Assembly (NCBI GenBank): GCA_016196885.1
Contig: JACPWU010000042.1
Span: 9,724-41,723 of the forward strand
Origin: Chlamydiota bacterium
GTDB taxonomy: Bacteria; Auribacterota; JACPWU01
Direction of reading: 5' to 3'
DNA length: 32,000 nt
Position 1 is the first letter of the stretch, and every line of letters begins with the position of its first letter. The position numbers and the translations under genes were made by a program. This document shows, in pieces, positions 1 through 8,765 of this stretch. Under the pieces are notes generated by a model. It saw only the letters and a program-made list of their open reading frames with translations. It searched no databases and was not told where the DNA came from.

Positions 1-14
1 GCAAAAGATTTTGG

Positions 15-455
15 GTGTGGTTTCTGATACTCGTAGGGTTTGGGGCAGGGGCAGGTGTTTTTTATTATTTGAATACAGAGAAGTCAGATGTGAAATTAGA
101 TGTTTTGATAGGTTCTCGACTTCGGTCTCCTGATCTACATCAGGAGACCTCCGCTCGAACAATGACCCCTACAAAGATGGATGAAGCTCCAAAATTATCT
201 CCGGCTCTTTCTATCACTCCTGAAATTCCTGCCCAGCCTGTGAAAGAAATTGAGACTCCCCTTCAAGCATCCCCTGATGAACATCCTCCCATTACTTTGA
301 ATGGCATTATGATGGGAGAGCCTCCTCAGGCCTTGGTGAATGGACGTTTTGTCAATGAAGGGGATTCGGTTGACGGAGTGAAGGTGGTGAAAATCAAATC
401 AGATCATGTGGTTTTTAAATTTGAGGGCAAGAAGTTCAGGAGGACGATTTATTGA
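15..455 (+). CDS. Small membrane-anchored protein with a GspB-like (type II secretion protein B C-terminal) domain. The frame is open back to base 1, so the true start may lie upstream of the window.
   Basis: N-terminal hydrophobic helix WFLILVGFGAGAGVFYYL and a Pro-rich linker. The C-terminus ITLNGIMMGEPPQALVNGRFVNEGDSVDGVKVVKIKSDHVVFKFEGKKF matches the remembered T2SSB pattern (L.G....AiING..v.eGd.v.g.kV..I..d.V.l...G). Confidence 0.5.
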   Translation: MWFLILVGFGAGAGVFYYLNTEKSDVKLDVLIGSRLRSPDLHQETSARTMTPTKMDEAPKLSPALSITPEIPAQPVKEIETPLQASPDEHPPITLNGIMMGEPPQALVNGRFVNEGDSVDGVKVVKIKSDHVVFKFEGKKFRRTIY

Positions 456-474
456 CGATCACCTATCGTTTAAC

Positions 475-669
475 CTACCTCAAAAAAGAATATTTTTCAT
501 CCAAAATATGGTAGTCATAAATTTCAGTGAAGCCGCATTTTTGGCATGAGACGCAGGCGTTTTCACTGGAGCCATAGACAAAAAATTGTGTTGAGGCCTT
601 TTCGTGATGGCATTTTGAACATTTAAACTTTTCAGTGAGCTCGTTAAAGATGGTAAAGTTGAGGGCCAT
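475..669 (-). CDS. Small Zn-ribbon protein (one CxxC...CxxC module), paralogous to the modules of the upstream gene.
   Basis: Track ORF 475..720 trimmed to the ATG at 669 (MALNFTIFNELTEKFKCSKCHH...CVSCQKCGFTEIYDY). GGGAGG lies about 10 nt upstream, and the start is 2 nt after the TAA of the upstream gene. Confidence 0.55.
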   Translation of the reverse strand: MALNFTIFNELTEKFKCSKCHHEKASTQFFVYGSSENACVSCQKCGFTEIYDYHILDEKYSFLR

Positions 670-671
670 TT

Positions 672-1223
672 TTACGAGGCCTCCCGCGTGTACAGTTGAG
701 TCAAACCACATCCCTTGCAAGAAGCCATTTCGAAAACGACGTGTTTACGGTCTCCATAGCCTCCAAATTTGTATTTCACGTTCATATTCGTTCTAAAATG
801 GGAATATTCTTTCTTTTGACATTGGGGACAGGCTTCTTCCTTTTTATCGAAAAGCCATTCCTTGGGCCACGGGCTTTGGGCTCTTTTCATGGGGCGTTCT
901 CGCCCCGCAAGTAAATCCACGTGATAAAAGTTTTTGAAACCGCAAGCAAGGCAGTACGCCTCCTGAAAATCCTCGTCAAAAGGGACGAGTTCGTAGCGGC
1001 GGCCCTGACATTTGAAGCATTGGTATTGGGTAATCAGGTGTTCCTTCAAGGAGCGAAGGGTTTCCTCGAGTTGGGCGTCTAAAAAATGAGTTTTGATTTC
1101 GGTCCCAGTGATTTTGTCGGAGGATTTTTTTTGTGCAGACCGAAATGCGAAAAATAAAACTACCAAAGCACCTGCCAAACCCACACAGACAAGAAAGAAA
1201 ATAAAGAAAACATGAGGACTCAT
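672..1223 (-). CDS. Membrane-anchored protein with two tandem Zn-ribbon modules.
   Basis: Track ORF 672..1253 trimmed to the ATG at 1223 (MSPHVFFIFFLVCVGLAGALVVLFFAF = TM helix). Two CxxC...CxxC modules: CFKCQG...CLACGFKNFYHVD and CPQCQK...CKGCGLTQLY. Confidence 0.6.
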   Translation of the reverse strand: MSPHVFFIFFLVCVGLAGALVVLFFAFRSAQKKSSDKITGTEIKTHFLDAQLEETLRSLKEHLITQYQCFKCQGRRYELVPFDEDFQEAYCLACGFKNFYHVDLLAGRERPMKRAQSPWPKEWLFDKKEEACPQCQKKEYSHFRTNMNVKYKFGGYGDRKHVVFEMASCKGCGLTQLYTREAS

Positions 1224-1325
1224 AGAGTGGAATATAGCAAAATCAAATATCAAAAATCAAATATCAATTTCAATGATCCTTCGAGATCATCGTGTGCGGT
1301 GAAACTTCTCCCCATCGTGTTTTTT

Positions 1326-1374
1326 TTGTAGTCGCCCGATTCATCGGGCAGCCCCATAAATGGGGCGACTACAA
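1326..1374. repeat. REP-like palindromic element, family A (GTAGTCGCCC...GGGCGACTAC), copy 1.
   Basis: TTGTAGTCGCCCGATTCATCGGGCAGCCCCATAAATGGGGCGACTACAA. An outer inverted repeat encloses two small hairpins (GCCCGAT-TC-ATCGGGC and GCCCCAT-AA-ATGGGGC). Near-identical copies at 6308, 12366 and 19272. Confidence 0.85.
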
Positions 1375-1395
1375 AATGAGCCCGACTTTCATAGC

Positions 1396-1470
1396 AAAAT
1401 GACATATCAAAATCTAAAATGCACCTCCTGTCATTGCGTTGAAAAATTTTGCATTTTAGATTGTCATTTT
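1396..1470. repeat. AT-rich palindromic element, family B (AAAATGACA...TGCATTTTAGATTGTCATTTT).
   Basis: Imperfect ~21-bp inverted repeat: aaaatgaca(tatcaa)aatctaaaatgca ... tgcattttagattgtcatttt. Related TGTCATTTG/CAAATGACA motifs recur at 2575-2690. Confidence 0.55.
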
Positions 1471-1501
1471 GGATTTTGATTTTTGCATTTTGGATTTTAT
1501 T

Positions 1502-1846
1502 CTATCCCGGCGGCCATTTCATCACTCGCCCGCCCAAGAGGTGAAGGTGAATGTGATCCACACTTTGCCCCCCATCGGCATTGCAATTGAGCACAAGTCG
1601 ATAGCCACCTTGATCAATTTCTTTCTCCTGAGCCAGCTTGTTGGCAATGAAAATCATATGAGCCAAAAGAGAGGAGTGACTTTGATTCGTGTCATAAATT
1701 TTGGCAATGTGAATTTTGGGAACAATTAAAATATGAACAGGAGCTTGGGGATTAATATCGTGAAAGGCAAAAAGCTTTTCATCTTCGTAGGCAATGGAAG
1801 AGGGGATTTGCTTTCGGTTAATTTTACAAAAGAGGCAATCGTTCAT
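1502..1846 (-). CDS. HIT-family (histidine triad) nucleotide hydrolase, HinT-like.
   Basis: 114 aa. MNDCLFCKI...FHDINPQAPVHILIVPK...DGGQSVDHIHLHLLGG contains the HxHxHxx histidine-triad signature. Confidence 0.9.
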   Translation of the reverse strand: MNDCLFCKINRKQIPSSIAYEDEKLFAFHDINPQAPVHILIVPKIHIAKIYDTNQSHSSLLAHMIFIANKLAQEKEIDQGGYRLVLNCNADGGQSVDHIHLHLLGGRVMKWPPG

Positions 1847-1925
1847 GTTTTTCTCTTATTTCGTGCATCGGTTGAAAATATTTTATCTTCTCGATGTACG
1901 AAGTTCGACGTACGAGGTACAGCTT

Positions 1926-2564
1926 TTAAGCTTTTTTCTTTCTCTCCAACTTCAACTTGATCTTCTTCAGTCGAAACGTGTCTTCTCTTTCTCTTTGCTC
2001 AATGACGCCCCGAATGAATCGGATCTGGGCATTCATGGTGGGAACAATGATTTGTTCAAGGGCATTGACACGTCGGGTCGTTTTTTTGATTTCTGCGCCC
2101 AGGCGTCTCAGTCGCGTCTCAATGGAGGCAATTTTGACTAAAAGGGAAGTCAATTTTTCAAATGAAAGGGCCGTGTCTTGCATGCGGGCGCTGAGCGAAG
2201 AGGGACTGCAACCTCTCTCCAAAGGATTCCGGGTCCAATCTTCTGCTTGAAATTCCGGGACTTTTACGCCCCAGACATTTCGAAGGGTGTTCTCAACTTG
2301 AATGGACCGATTGCTTGCCATCGCAATGGATTGGGCTGCATGAGTTCCCTCAATGGCTTCCGTGAGGACGAGGGACTCATATGCATGACTGGTTTCTTTT
2401 GAAAGGTCTTCGCGGGATTGAAGGGTGAGCTTCACCACATTGAAAAATTCCATGACCAGGGCATCCCGCTTCCTTTTGAGAAGGTCTACGCCTTGACGGG
2501 CAAGGCTTGCCTGGTTCTTCAGAACCAGGAGATTCATTCTTGTGGCGCTGATGTTATTTTGCAT
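1926..2564 (-). CDS. atpD: A/V-type ATPase subunit D (central stalk).
   Basis: Track ORF 1926..2627 trimmed to the ATG at 2564 (MQNNISATRMNLLVLKNQ...); the extra 5' codons lie in a palindromic repeat. Coiled-coil termini (..LRRLGAEIKKTTRRVNALEQIIVP..). Last position in the H-I-K-E-C-F-A-B-D order. Confidence 0.85.
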   Translation of the reverse strand: MQNNISATRMNLLVLKNQASLARQGVDLLKRKRDALVMEFFNVVKLTLQSREDLSKETSHAYESLVLTEAIEGTHAAQSIAMASNRSIQVENTLRNVWGVKVPEFQAEDWTRNPLERGCSPSSLSARMQDTALSFEKLTSLLVKIASIETRLRRLGAEIKKTTRRVNALEQIIVPTMNAQIRFIRGVIEQREREDTFRLKKIKLKLERKKKA

Positions 2565-2574
2565 AGACTGCAAT

Positions 2575-2690
2575 TTCCAATTTTCAATTTCAAATGTCAA
2601 ATGAATGACCAATGATCCAATTCTCAATTGTCCATTGGAGAATTGGAAATTAATTTGTCATTTGTCATTGGACATTTGTCATTTCATCCA
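2575..2690. repeat. Palindromic element (family B-like) between atpB and atpD; its right arm overlaps the atpB C-terminal codons.
   Basis: CCAATTCTC-12 nt-GAGAATTGG (2617-2646) is nested in the imperfect inverted repeat caaatgtcaaatgaatgaccaatg / cattggacatttgtcatttca. Boundaries approximate. Confidence 0.55.
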
Positions 2691-4071
2691 TTAATTTTCC
2701 GTAATATTGATCAATGTGTTTCTTCTGGACTCTGCGCAGTTCTGTTTTTGGCAGATGCTTAGAAAGCAGATTCCATCCGAGGTTTAAGGTGTCTGAGATG
2801 CTTCGATTGGTGACGCCTTGATTCACAAAAATCTTTTCGAAGTCCTCAGCGAATTTGAGGTATTTCTTGTCCAAATCCGTTAAGGCTTCTTCACCGATGA
2901 TGGCGACAAGCTTTCTCAAATCACGCCCATTCGCATAGGCAGCGTAAAGCTGATTGGCCAATTCTCTATGTTCGACGCGCGTTTTTCCATCGCCGATTCC
3001 ACTGTTCATCAAACGAGAAAGACAGCGAGGGGCATCTACAGGTGGGTAAACACCGGAGCGATGAAGCTGTCTTGAAAGCACAATTTGTCCTTCGGTGATA
3101 TAACCTGTTAAATCCGGAATCGGATGAGTGATGTCGTCATCCGGCATGGTCAGAATTGGGATTTGTGTAATAGATCCCTTGCGACCTTTTACTTTTCCGG
3201 CCCGTTCATAAAGCGTGGCCAAGTCTGTGTACATGTAACCGGGGTAACCTCGACGGCCTGGGATTTCTTCTCGAGCGGTTCCGATTTCTCGCAAGGCCTC
3301 GCAATAATTCGTCATGTCCGTCAGAACAACCAGGACTTGATAATCATGTTCATAGGCCAGATATTCAGCCACGGTCAAGGCGCAGCGAGGGGTGAGCAAT
3401 CTTTCGATGGTCGGATCATCTGCTAAATTTAAGAAAATGACCGTTTTCGAAAGCGCCCCTTGTTCTTCGAAATCTTTAATGAAGAAGGAGGCCTCACGCA
3501 TGGTGATTCCCATGGCTGCAAATACGACGGCAAATTCTTCAGCTTCGCCGAGAACTTTAGCTTGTCTCACGATTTGAGCGGCTATTTCATTGGCTGGGAG
3601 ACCTGCACCCGAAAAAATAGGGAGTTTTTGTCCGCGGACCAAAGTGTTAAGTCCATCAATGGTCGAAATACCTGTTTGAATAAATTCTTCGGGCTTTTCA
3701 CGCGCCGTAGGATTCATTGGAAGTCCAGTGAGGGCCAAGCGCTTTTCGGGAACAATCGGACCTAGTCCATCCACGGGATCGCCAATGCCATTAAAGCGTC
3801 GACCGATCATTTCTTTGGAGACGCCGATTTTTGCGACATGTTCCCGCAGAGAAATGGAGGTGTTCGCCAAATCTAAGCCACGTGTTTCTTCGAGAATTTG
3901 AATCACGGCAAAGCGCTCGGACACATCAATGGCCTGACCGCCGCGTTTGGAGCCATCCGGAAGCCAAATGTCCACCAGGGCGCCGTAAGATAAATCTTTG
4001 GCCCCTTCAACAAAAAGAAGAGGACCCGAAATATAATTTACCGACTTGTAGTAACGGGTTGCAAGTTCCAC
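2665..4071 (-). CDS. atpB: A/V-type ATPase subunit B (non-catalytic nucleotide-binding subunit).
   Basis: 468 aa. GTG start preceded by [21 protein letters not shown]..., [12 protein letters not shown] (degenerate P-loop region), [20 protein letters not shown]. Overlaps the atpA 3' end by 34 nt. Confidence 0.95.
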   Translation of the reverse strand: MELATRYYKSVNYISGPLLFVEGAKDLSYGALVDIWLPDGSKRGGQAIDVSERFAVIQILEETRGLDLANTSISLREHVAKIGVSKEMIGRRFNGIGDPVDGLGPIVPEKRLALTGLPMNPTAREKPEEFIQTGISTIDGLNTLVRGQKLPIFSGAGLPANEIAAQIVRQAKVLGEAEEFAVVFAAMGITMREASFFIKDFEEQGALSKTVIFLNLADDPTIERLLTPRCALTVAEYLAYEHDYQVLVVLTDMTNYCEALREIGTAREEIPGRRGYPGYMYTDLATLYERAGKVKGRKGSITQIPILTMPDDDITHPIPDLTGYITEGQIVLSRQLHRSGVYPPVDAPRCLSRLMNSGIGDGKTRVEHRELANQLYAAYANGRDLRKLVAIIGEEALTDLDKKYLKFAEDFEKIFVNQGVTNRSISDTLNLGWNLLSKHLPKTELRRVQKKHIDQYYGKLMDEMTNVQ

Positions 4072-5789
4072 GCCTTAACCTCCTTTAGTAAACTCTCTAA
4101 AGTTTTAGACCAATCTTTCATCATTACATCTTTTAATCGCCCAATGGTTTCGAGAAGGGGAGACTCAAGAACAATATCAATCGTTCCACCCACTTTCAGA
4201 AGCTCTTGAGCTTTTTGATAAAAATGGGTGATGGCTTTTAAAATACCGTATTGTTTTTCCATGGGGCAATAGCCATCAACTTCGGAATAGGCATTTTGCT
4301 GTAAGAAATCTTCGCGAATCATTTTGCCCGCTTCAATGACCAATCGCTCGTTGTCTTGAAGCGCATCCGGGCCGACCAACTGAACGACTTCCTGAAGTTC
4401 TGATTCTTTCTGTAGAATGGCCATCATTTGCTGAACCACATTGCCAAAATCAGGTGAAACATTTTTCTCATACCAGGTATGCAAATGCTCCTGATAGAGG
4501 CTGTAGCTTTTTCCCCAGTTAATCGCAGGGAAATGACGGCGATTGGCAAGAGAGGCATCCAGGGCCCAAAAAGTTCCCACGATTCTGAGCGTGCTTTGCG
4601 TCACAGGCTCAGAAAAATCTCCGCCCGGAGGAGAAACTGCGCCAACGATGGTGACAGAGCCGTTTCGGCTGTCTTTGCCCAAACAAATAATGCGGCCAGC
4701 CCTTTCGTAGAACGCTGCCAAACGCGTTCCCAAATAAGTGGGGTAACCTTCTTCACCTGGCATTTCTTCCAAGCGGGAAGAAATTTCACGCATGGCTTCA
4801 GCCCAACGAGAAGTAGAGTCAGCCATGAGGGCTACGTTATAGCCCATGTCTCGATAATATTCTGCCAGGGTGATTCCCGTATAAATAGAAGCCTCACGGG
4901 CTGCCACAGGCATGTTAGAGGTGTTCGCAACAAGAACCGTTCTTTCCATGAGGGGACGTCCCGTTTTAGGATCGGTCAGCGCTGGAAATTCATGAAGCAC
5001 ATCGGCCATTTCATTGCCTCGCTCACCGCATCCGATATAGATGATGATGTCCGCGCTTGAATATTTGGCCAGTGTTTGCTGGACCACTGTTTTTCCGGAA
5101 CCAAACGGGCCGGGAATAGAGGCGTTTCCACCGAGTGCCACTGGAAACATGGCGTCAAAAATTCTTTGACCTGTGATAAAAAGTTCATTCGGATCCAGCT
5201 TGCGAGCATAGGGACGACGGCTTCTCACAGGCCATTTCTGGATCATGGTAAGTTCCGTTCCTTCTTGAAGCTTGCAGACCACTTGATCAATCGTGTAATC
5301 GCCTTCTTTTACAATTTGGGAAACAGTTCCTTTGAGTGTAGGGGGCATCATGATGCGATGAATGAAAGCGCCTTCTTGCGTTTCACCCATCACGTCTCCG
5401 CCACTTAAGAGATCTCCAACCTTTGCGGTGGGTTTGAAATGCCACTTTTTATCTTTGGCAAGTGGATCCACAAAAACACCTCTAGAAATGAAATCGCCTT
5501 CTTTGGCGCGAATCATTTCAAGAGGTCTTTGAATCCCATCATAAGTGGTGGCAAGCAGTCCGGGCCCAAGCTCAGCCATCAGGGGAAGCCCTGTATTTTG
5601 AATGGGTTCTCCCACAAAAAGGCCGGAGGTATCCTCATAAACCTGAATGAAGGCAGTGTCTCCATCCAGACGGATGATTTCGCCCAAGAGTCCTAATTCT
5701 CCTACGCGTACAATGTCATACATTTTGGCGCCTGTAATACCCTTGCCGATCACCGCAGGTCCCGCAATTCTGGAAATCACTCCGTTCAT
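4038..5789 (-). CDS. atpA: A/V-type ATPase catalytic subunit A.
   Basis: 583 aa. ATG preceded by AAGGAG. Walker [38 protein letters not shown], and the non-homologous insert typical of A/V-type A subunits. Confidence 0.95.
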   Translation of the reverse strand: MNGVISRIAGPAVIGKGITGAKMYDIVRVGELGLLGEIIRLDGDTAFIQVYEDTSGLFVGEPIQNTGLPLMAELGPGLLATTYDGIQRPLEMIRAKEGDFISRGVFVDPLAKDKKWHFKPTAKVGDLLSGGDVMGETQEGAFIHRIMMPPTLKGTVSQIVKEGDYTIDQVVCKLQEGTELTMIQKWPVRSRRPYARKLDPNELFITGQRIFDAMFPVALGGNASIPGPFGSGKTVVQQTLAKYSSADIIIYIGCGERGNEMADVLHEFPALTDPKTGRPLMERTVLVANTSNMPVAAREASIYTGITLAEYYRDMGYNVALMADSTSRWAEAMREISSRLEEMPGEEGYPTYLGTRLAAFYERAGRIICLGKDSRNGSVTIVGAVSPPGGDFSEPVTQSTLRIVGTFWALDASLANRRHFPAINWGKSYSLYQEHLHTWYEKNVSPDFGNVVQQMMAILQKESELQEVVQLVGPDALQDNERLVIEAGKMIREDFLQQNAYSEVDGYCPMEKQYGILKAITHFYQKAQELLKVGGTIDIVLESPLLETIGRLKDVMMKDWSKTLESLLKEVKAWNLQPVTTSR

Positions 5790-5821
5790 AAAAAATCTCC
5801 TTTATCTGTCATTGTAAGTCG

Positions 5822-5890
5822 TCATCTCGAGCATAGCGAGAGATCTTGGTTTTAAAAACAAGATCCCTCGTCGCTGAGGCTCCTCGGGAT
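5822..5890. repeat. Palindromic element, family C (CATCTCGAGCATAGCGAGAGATC ... GATCCCTCGTCGCTGAGGCTCCTCGGGATG).
   Basis: Imperfect inverted repeat around ttggttttaaaaacaa. Resembles, from memory, the widespread ...GCGAGCGAAGCGA.../...TCGCTTCGCTCGC... class of intergenic palindromes. Confidence 0.5.
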
Positions 5891-5937
5891 GAAATTAAAA
5901 TAACAGTTTGCCTAAGGCAAACTGTTATTTTAATTTC
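5891..5937. repeat. Perfect 22-bp stem / 3-nt loop hairpin spanning the atpF stop codon.
   Basis: gaaattaaaataacagtttgcc-taa-ggcaaactgttattttaatttc. The right arm contains the last four atpF codons plus the stop (5925-5927). No U-tract follows on either strand. Confidence 0.85.
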
Positions 5938-6257
5938 ACATAATATCCAATGCAAGCGCGAACCAGCTCTGAGACGTATTTTTCTGGGTCTTCGGCGGCT
6001 CTTAACTCTGCCTTGGGTAAAGAAATCAAAACAGGAAAAGGCTTTTCTTCCAAGCGCTTCTGCAATTTTTTATCCTGACTGGGAAAAAGATCTTCTTCAA
6101 TAGCCACCAAAGAAGGCTCACTTTTTTCAAGAAGGGGTTGGAGAATAGAACGGACTTCTTGAATGTCTTGTGCGCGGTGAACATCCACACCCGCCAGACG
6201 AAATCCGCTTTCCCAATCACCCTTGGTGATAATGCTCAATTTAATTTTTTCAGACAT
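5925..6257 (-). CDS. atpF: A/V-type ATPase subunit F.
   Basis: 110 aa. MSEKIKLSIITKGDWESGFRLAGVD...SLVAIEEDLF pattern. Positioned between C and A as in A/V-type operons. Confidence 0.75.
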   Translation of the reverse strand: MSEKIKLSIITKGDWESGFRLAGVDVHRAQDIQEVRSILQPLLEKSEPSLVAIEEDLFPSQDKKLQKRLEEKPFPVLISLPKAELRAAEDPEKYVSELVRACIGYYVKLK

Positions 6258-6307
6258 ATTAAACCTTTTTATGATGTACTTGATTTGTCATCACATTCGC
6301 TCTTTTT

Positions 6308-6387
6308 TTGTAGTCGCCCGATTCATCGGGCAGCCCCATGAATGGGGCGACTACAAACAGCGCCCCATGAATGGGGCGACTACAAAA
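6308..6387. repeat. REP-like element family A, copy 2, with a duplicated right half.
   Basis: ttgtagtcgcccgattcatcgggcagccccatgaatggggcgactacaa followed by a second gccccatgaatggggcgactacaaaa. Confidence 0.85.
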
Positions 6388-6407
6388 TGAGCCTCACTTT
6401 CGAGGTT

Positions 6408-7478
6408 TTATTTGTACAGTAATTCCTCTTCCAATTTTTGGCTGTGAAGACGAGCTTTTTTTCCTCTTAAAATCAGTCGGACATTTCTAATCTCTGCAAT
6501 TTTTTGCCAGAGAAACCCGAGTGGAATGTCAAATCCCAGGGGATTTCCCAAAGAAGCTTTCGCTCCTTCTTCAAAAACACGATGATCTAAAGTTTTTTCA
6601 ATGACTGATTCACTTTTGGACTTTTCAGGAAGGGCAAAAATGGAACTGGCCAAAAGACATGCAGCCTCACTTGTTTCCTGCTGAATCAATGAAACAAATA
6701 AATTTTTCTTCAATCGAAGACCTGTCCCTTGAAAATAAAAAAGGGCTTCAGAAGGAGAGAGCTGTGGATTTCTCATTCTAAAAGCGGCTCTTAAGTTAAA
6801 GAGATCTTTCAAGCTATTTAAAATAGTACCCATGATTTTTTCTTCAGACTTTAAAGTGCTTATTTCATGTTCTGTATATTCAAAAAAAGCTTTTTCCAGC
6901 GCATTTTCAAGGAAAAAGATTTCCTTCTTTTCTTCAAAAAGGGGCAAGGTCTTCGTAAGGGCTTTTGAAAAAATCCATTTCCAAGTTGCAAGAATTTGAA
7001 TAACAGATTTTACATCTTCAGCAAGACTCAATTCTTTCAAGAGAGGTTCACTCAATCGGCCCGCTGGAACAATGCTCTCAATGATTTTTTGCGAGGGTTG
7101 ACGGGTGAAAACGCCTCTTAAAATCGTTTTAATGGCTTCCACATCCCAAAGAGTGAGCAGAAGTTCAAATAGCCTTGAGGGTCGTCCTTCTAAAAGCCCC
7201 AGAACGCCCTGAGTGGTTTCGGATAAATTCCTTCTTAAAACTTCTTCAAAAAGGGACGTGTCTCTTTGAGACACGTCTTGATCGTTTTTTAGGGTTTGAA
7301 AGTGATGACCCAAATGGGTGTTCTTTAAAATCTCAAGTGTTTCACTTAGATCTTTTGCATTCATCAATTCTTGATATTGCGAAGAGGAGAGAAGTTCCGA
7401 CTTCATCCCCCGAATGCGCGCATTGATATACGCGTAATCCTGCGAAGCACTTTGAAATTTTGTACCAGGTTGTTTCAT
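6408..7478 (-). CDS. atpC: A/V-type ATPase subunit C (V0 d-like).
   Basis: Track ORF 6408..7547 trimmed to the internal Met (MKQPGTKFQSASQDYAYINARIRGMKSELL...), because the 5' extension reads through a family-D palindromic element. All-helical ~356 aa. Operon position between E and F. Confidence 0.7.
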   Translation of the reverse strand: MKQPGTKFQSASQDYAYINARIRGMKSELLSSSQYQELMNAKDLSETLEILKNTHLGHHFQTLKNDQDVSQRDTSLFEEVLRRNLSETTQGVLGLLEGRPSRLFELLLTLWDVEAIKTILRGVFTRQPSQKIIESIVPAGRLSEPLLKELSLAEDVKSVIQILATWKWIFSKALTKTLPLFEEKKEIFFLENALEKAFFEYTEHEISTLKSEEKIMGTILNSLKDLFNLRAAFRMRNPQLSPSEALFYFQGTGLRLKKNLFVSLIQQETSEAACLLASSIFALPEKSKSESVIEKTLDHRVFEEGAKASLGNPLGFDIPLGFLWQKIAEIRNVRLILRGKKARLHSQKLEEELLYK

Positions 7479-7495
7479 CTTTATTATGATGTTGT

Positions 7496-7594
7496 AACCC
7501 CTCCGGCTCCCCTTAAATAAGGGGAGGGAAAAACCTCCCTTATTCAAAAGGGTAAAACCCCCCTCTTTATTTTAAAGAGGGGTTGGGGGAGTTA
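7496..7594. repeat. Palindromic element family D (termini TAAC[C/T]CCC ... GGGGAGTTA).
   Basis: taacccctccggctccccttaaataaggggagg...cccctctttattttaaagaggggttgggggagtta with internal CCCCTTAAATAAGGGG-type hairpins. Boundaries +/- 2 nt. Confidence 0.75.
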
Positions 7595-7612
7595 TTTTAT
7601 TAATTGTTGTCT

Positions 7613-8191
7613 CTACGCCCACAGCTTTTCTGAAACCTCTGCCTTTAGGGCGTTCAAAGCCTTTTCAAATCTGGCTTCCAAGGTGTTTTCAATTCTCAAA
7701 CGATGGTCTTCAGTTGAGATGATAACCCCTTTTGAAATTTTTGGATTCGCTTGAATCTGAGCTTCTCTTTTTAACCGTTTAAAGAGATCTTGGGCCAATT
7801 TGACATCATTGGGTGAGACCTCTGCTACGATTTTTCCGGACACACCGATTAAAGATTCTTGAATGAGATTTAAAAGAAGCTCGGAATAATCTACTTCCTG
7901 ACTCAATTGTAGAATTTTCTCGCGAGAGGTCTGAAAAATCTTTTCGATTTCCTTTTGTCTTGCCTCTAAAAGCAGGCGATTGGCTTGAGTGCGTGCATTT
8001 CCAATGGCTTTGGCTTCCTCCAAATCCATGATCCGTTTTGATTTGGATAAAATCTCTGCACGGATTTTAGAAGCTTCTTCTTCTGCTTTTTTTAGAATTT
8101 GCTTTGCCTCGCTCTCGGCTTCCTCATGAAGCTTTTTTTTCTCGAGTTCGGCCTCTTGTTCTAGATTTGAAAGCATAGATTCCATCGACAT
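7613..8191 (-). CDS. atpE: A/V-type ATPase subunit E (peripheral stalk).
   Basis: 192 aa. N-terminal E/K/A-rich coiled coil (EAELEKKKLHEEAESEAKQILKKAEEEASKIRAEIL) plus a globular C-terminus. GAGGGA Shine-Dalgarno. Operon position. Confidence 0.75.
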   Translation of the reverse strand: MSMESMLSNLEQEAELEKKKLHEEAESEAKQILKKAEEEASKIRAEILSKSKRIMDLEEAKAIGNARTQANRLLLEARQKEIEKIFQTSREKILQLSQEVDYSELLLNLIQESLIGVSGKIVAEVSPNDVKLAQDLFKRLKREAQIQANPKISKGVIISTEDHRLRIENTLEARFEKALNALKAEVSEKLWA

Positions 8192-8206
8192 ACGACATCC
8201 CTCTTT

Positions 8207-8545
8207 TTATAATACAAAAATAATTAAAACGGCCACTACGAATCCCAAAATAATCATGGTTTCAGGAATGGCTTCCAAAATAATGACAGATCCAACGAGT
8301 TCAGGTTTCTCAGCCAAAGCCCCAGCCGCAGCGGCACCAATTCTTGCCTGAGCGAGTCCTGAAGCCAAAGCGGAAAGTCCCACAGCGAGGGCTGCAGCAA
8401 TGGCCTTAAAACCGATGCTGTGGCCTTTTTCGCTTTTTTCAATGGTTGTATCAGAATGGGGGGCTGTCTCTTCAGCAAAAAGAGGGTGAGCAAAAATGGT
8501 GATATATAACCCCACCAATAAACTTCCCATGACGATCTTCTTCAT
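8207..8545 (-). CDS. atpK: A/V-type ATPase proteolipid subunit K (c). Single-hairpin type with an N-terminal signal-peptide-like extension.
   Basis: AAGGAG Shine-Dalgarno. The mature part GFKAIAAALAVGLSALASGLAQARIGAAAAGALAEKPELVGSVIILEAIPETMIILGFVVAVLIIF has two TM helices with a carboxylate in helix 2. It is preceded by MKKIVMGSLLVGLYITIFAHPLFAEE. Confidence 0.85.
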   Translation of the reverse strand: MKKIVMGSLLVGLYITIFAHPLFAEETAPHSDTTIEKSEKGHSIGFKAIAAALAVGLSALASGLAQARIGAAAAGALAEKPELVGSVIILEAIPETMIILGFVVAVLIIFVL

Positions 8546-8596
8546 AACGCATTCTCCTTTTTTTATTTTATATGGTTTAAATTAAAATAAAAACAA

Positions 8597-8765
8597 TTAA
8601 CCCCTCCAACTCCCCTTAAATAAGGGGAGAGAAAAACAACCCCTACTTAAAGGAGGAGAGTTCCCCTCTTAAATAAGAGGAGAAATGTAAAAAAACATTT
8701 ACTACCGCAGTCGGCTTTGCACTGCCACTGGCAGTGCAGCCTCCCTTGCTGGGTTAGGGGAGTTA
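8597..8765. repeat. Composite family-D palindromic element; its right end overlaps the atpI stop codon.
   Basis: ttaacccctccaactccccttaaataagggg...cccctcttaaataagagg...tgcactgccactggcagtgca...gggttaggggagtta. Its last ~110 bp is the reverse complement of 10647-10759. Confidence 0.8.

Noticed and set aside
475-1253. ORFs 672..1253 and 475..720 overlap by 49 nt and share Zn-ribbon modules; possibly one frameshifted pseudogene.
   Set aside because: The upstream ORF ends with a clean TAA. The downstream ORF has an ATG at 669 with GGGAGG about 10 nt upstream, so two adjacent intact genes is the simpler reading. The overlap comes only from the track's alternative upstream start.
5891-5937. The 22-bp hairpin as a Rho-independent terminator between atpF and atpA.
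   Set aside because: No U/T tract follows the stem on the transcribed (minus) strand or on the plus strand. Termination there would also cut off the catalytic subunits.
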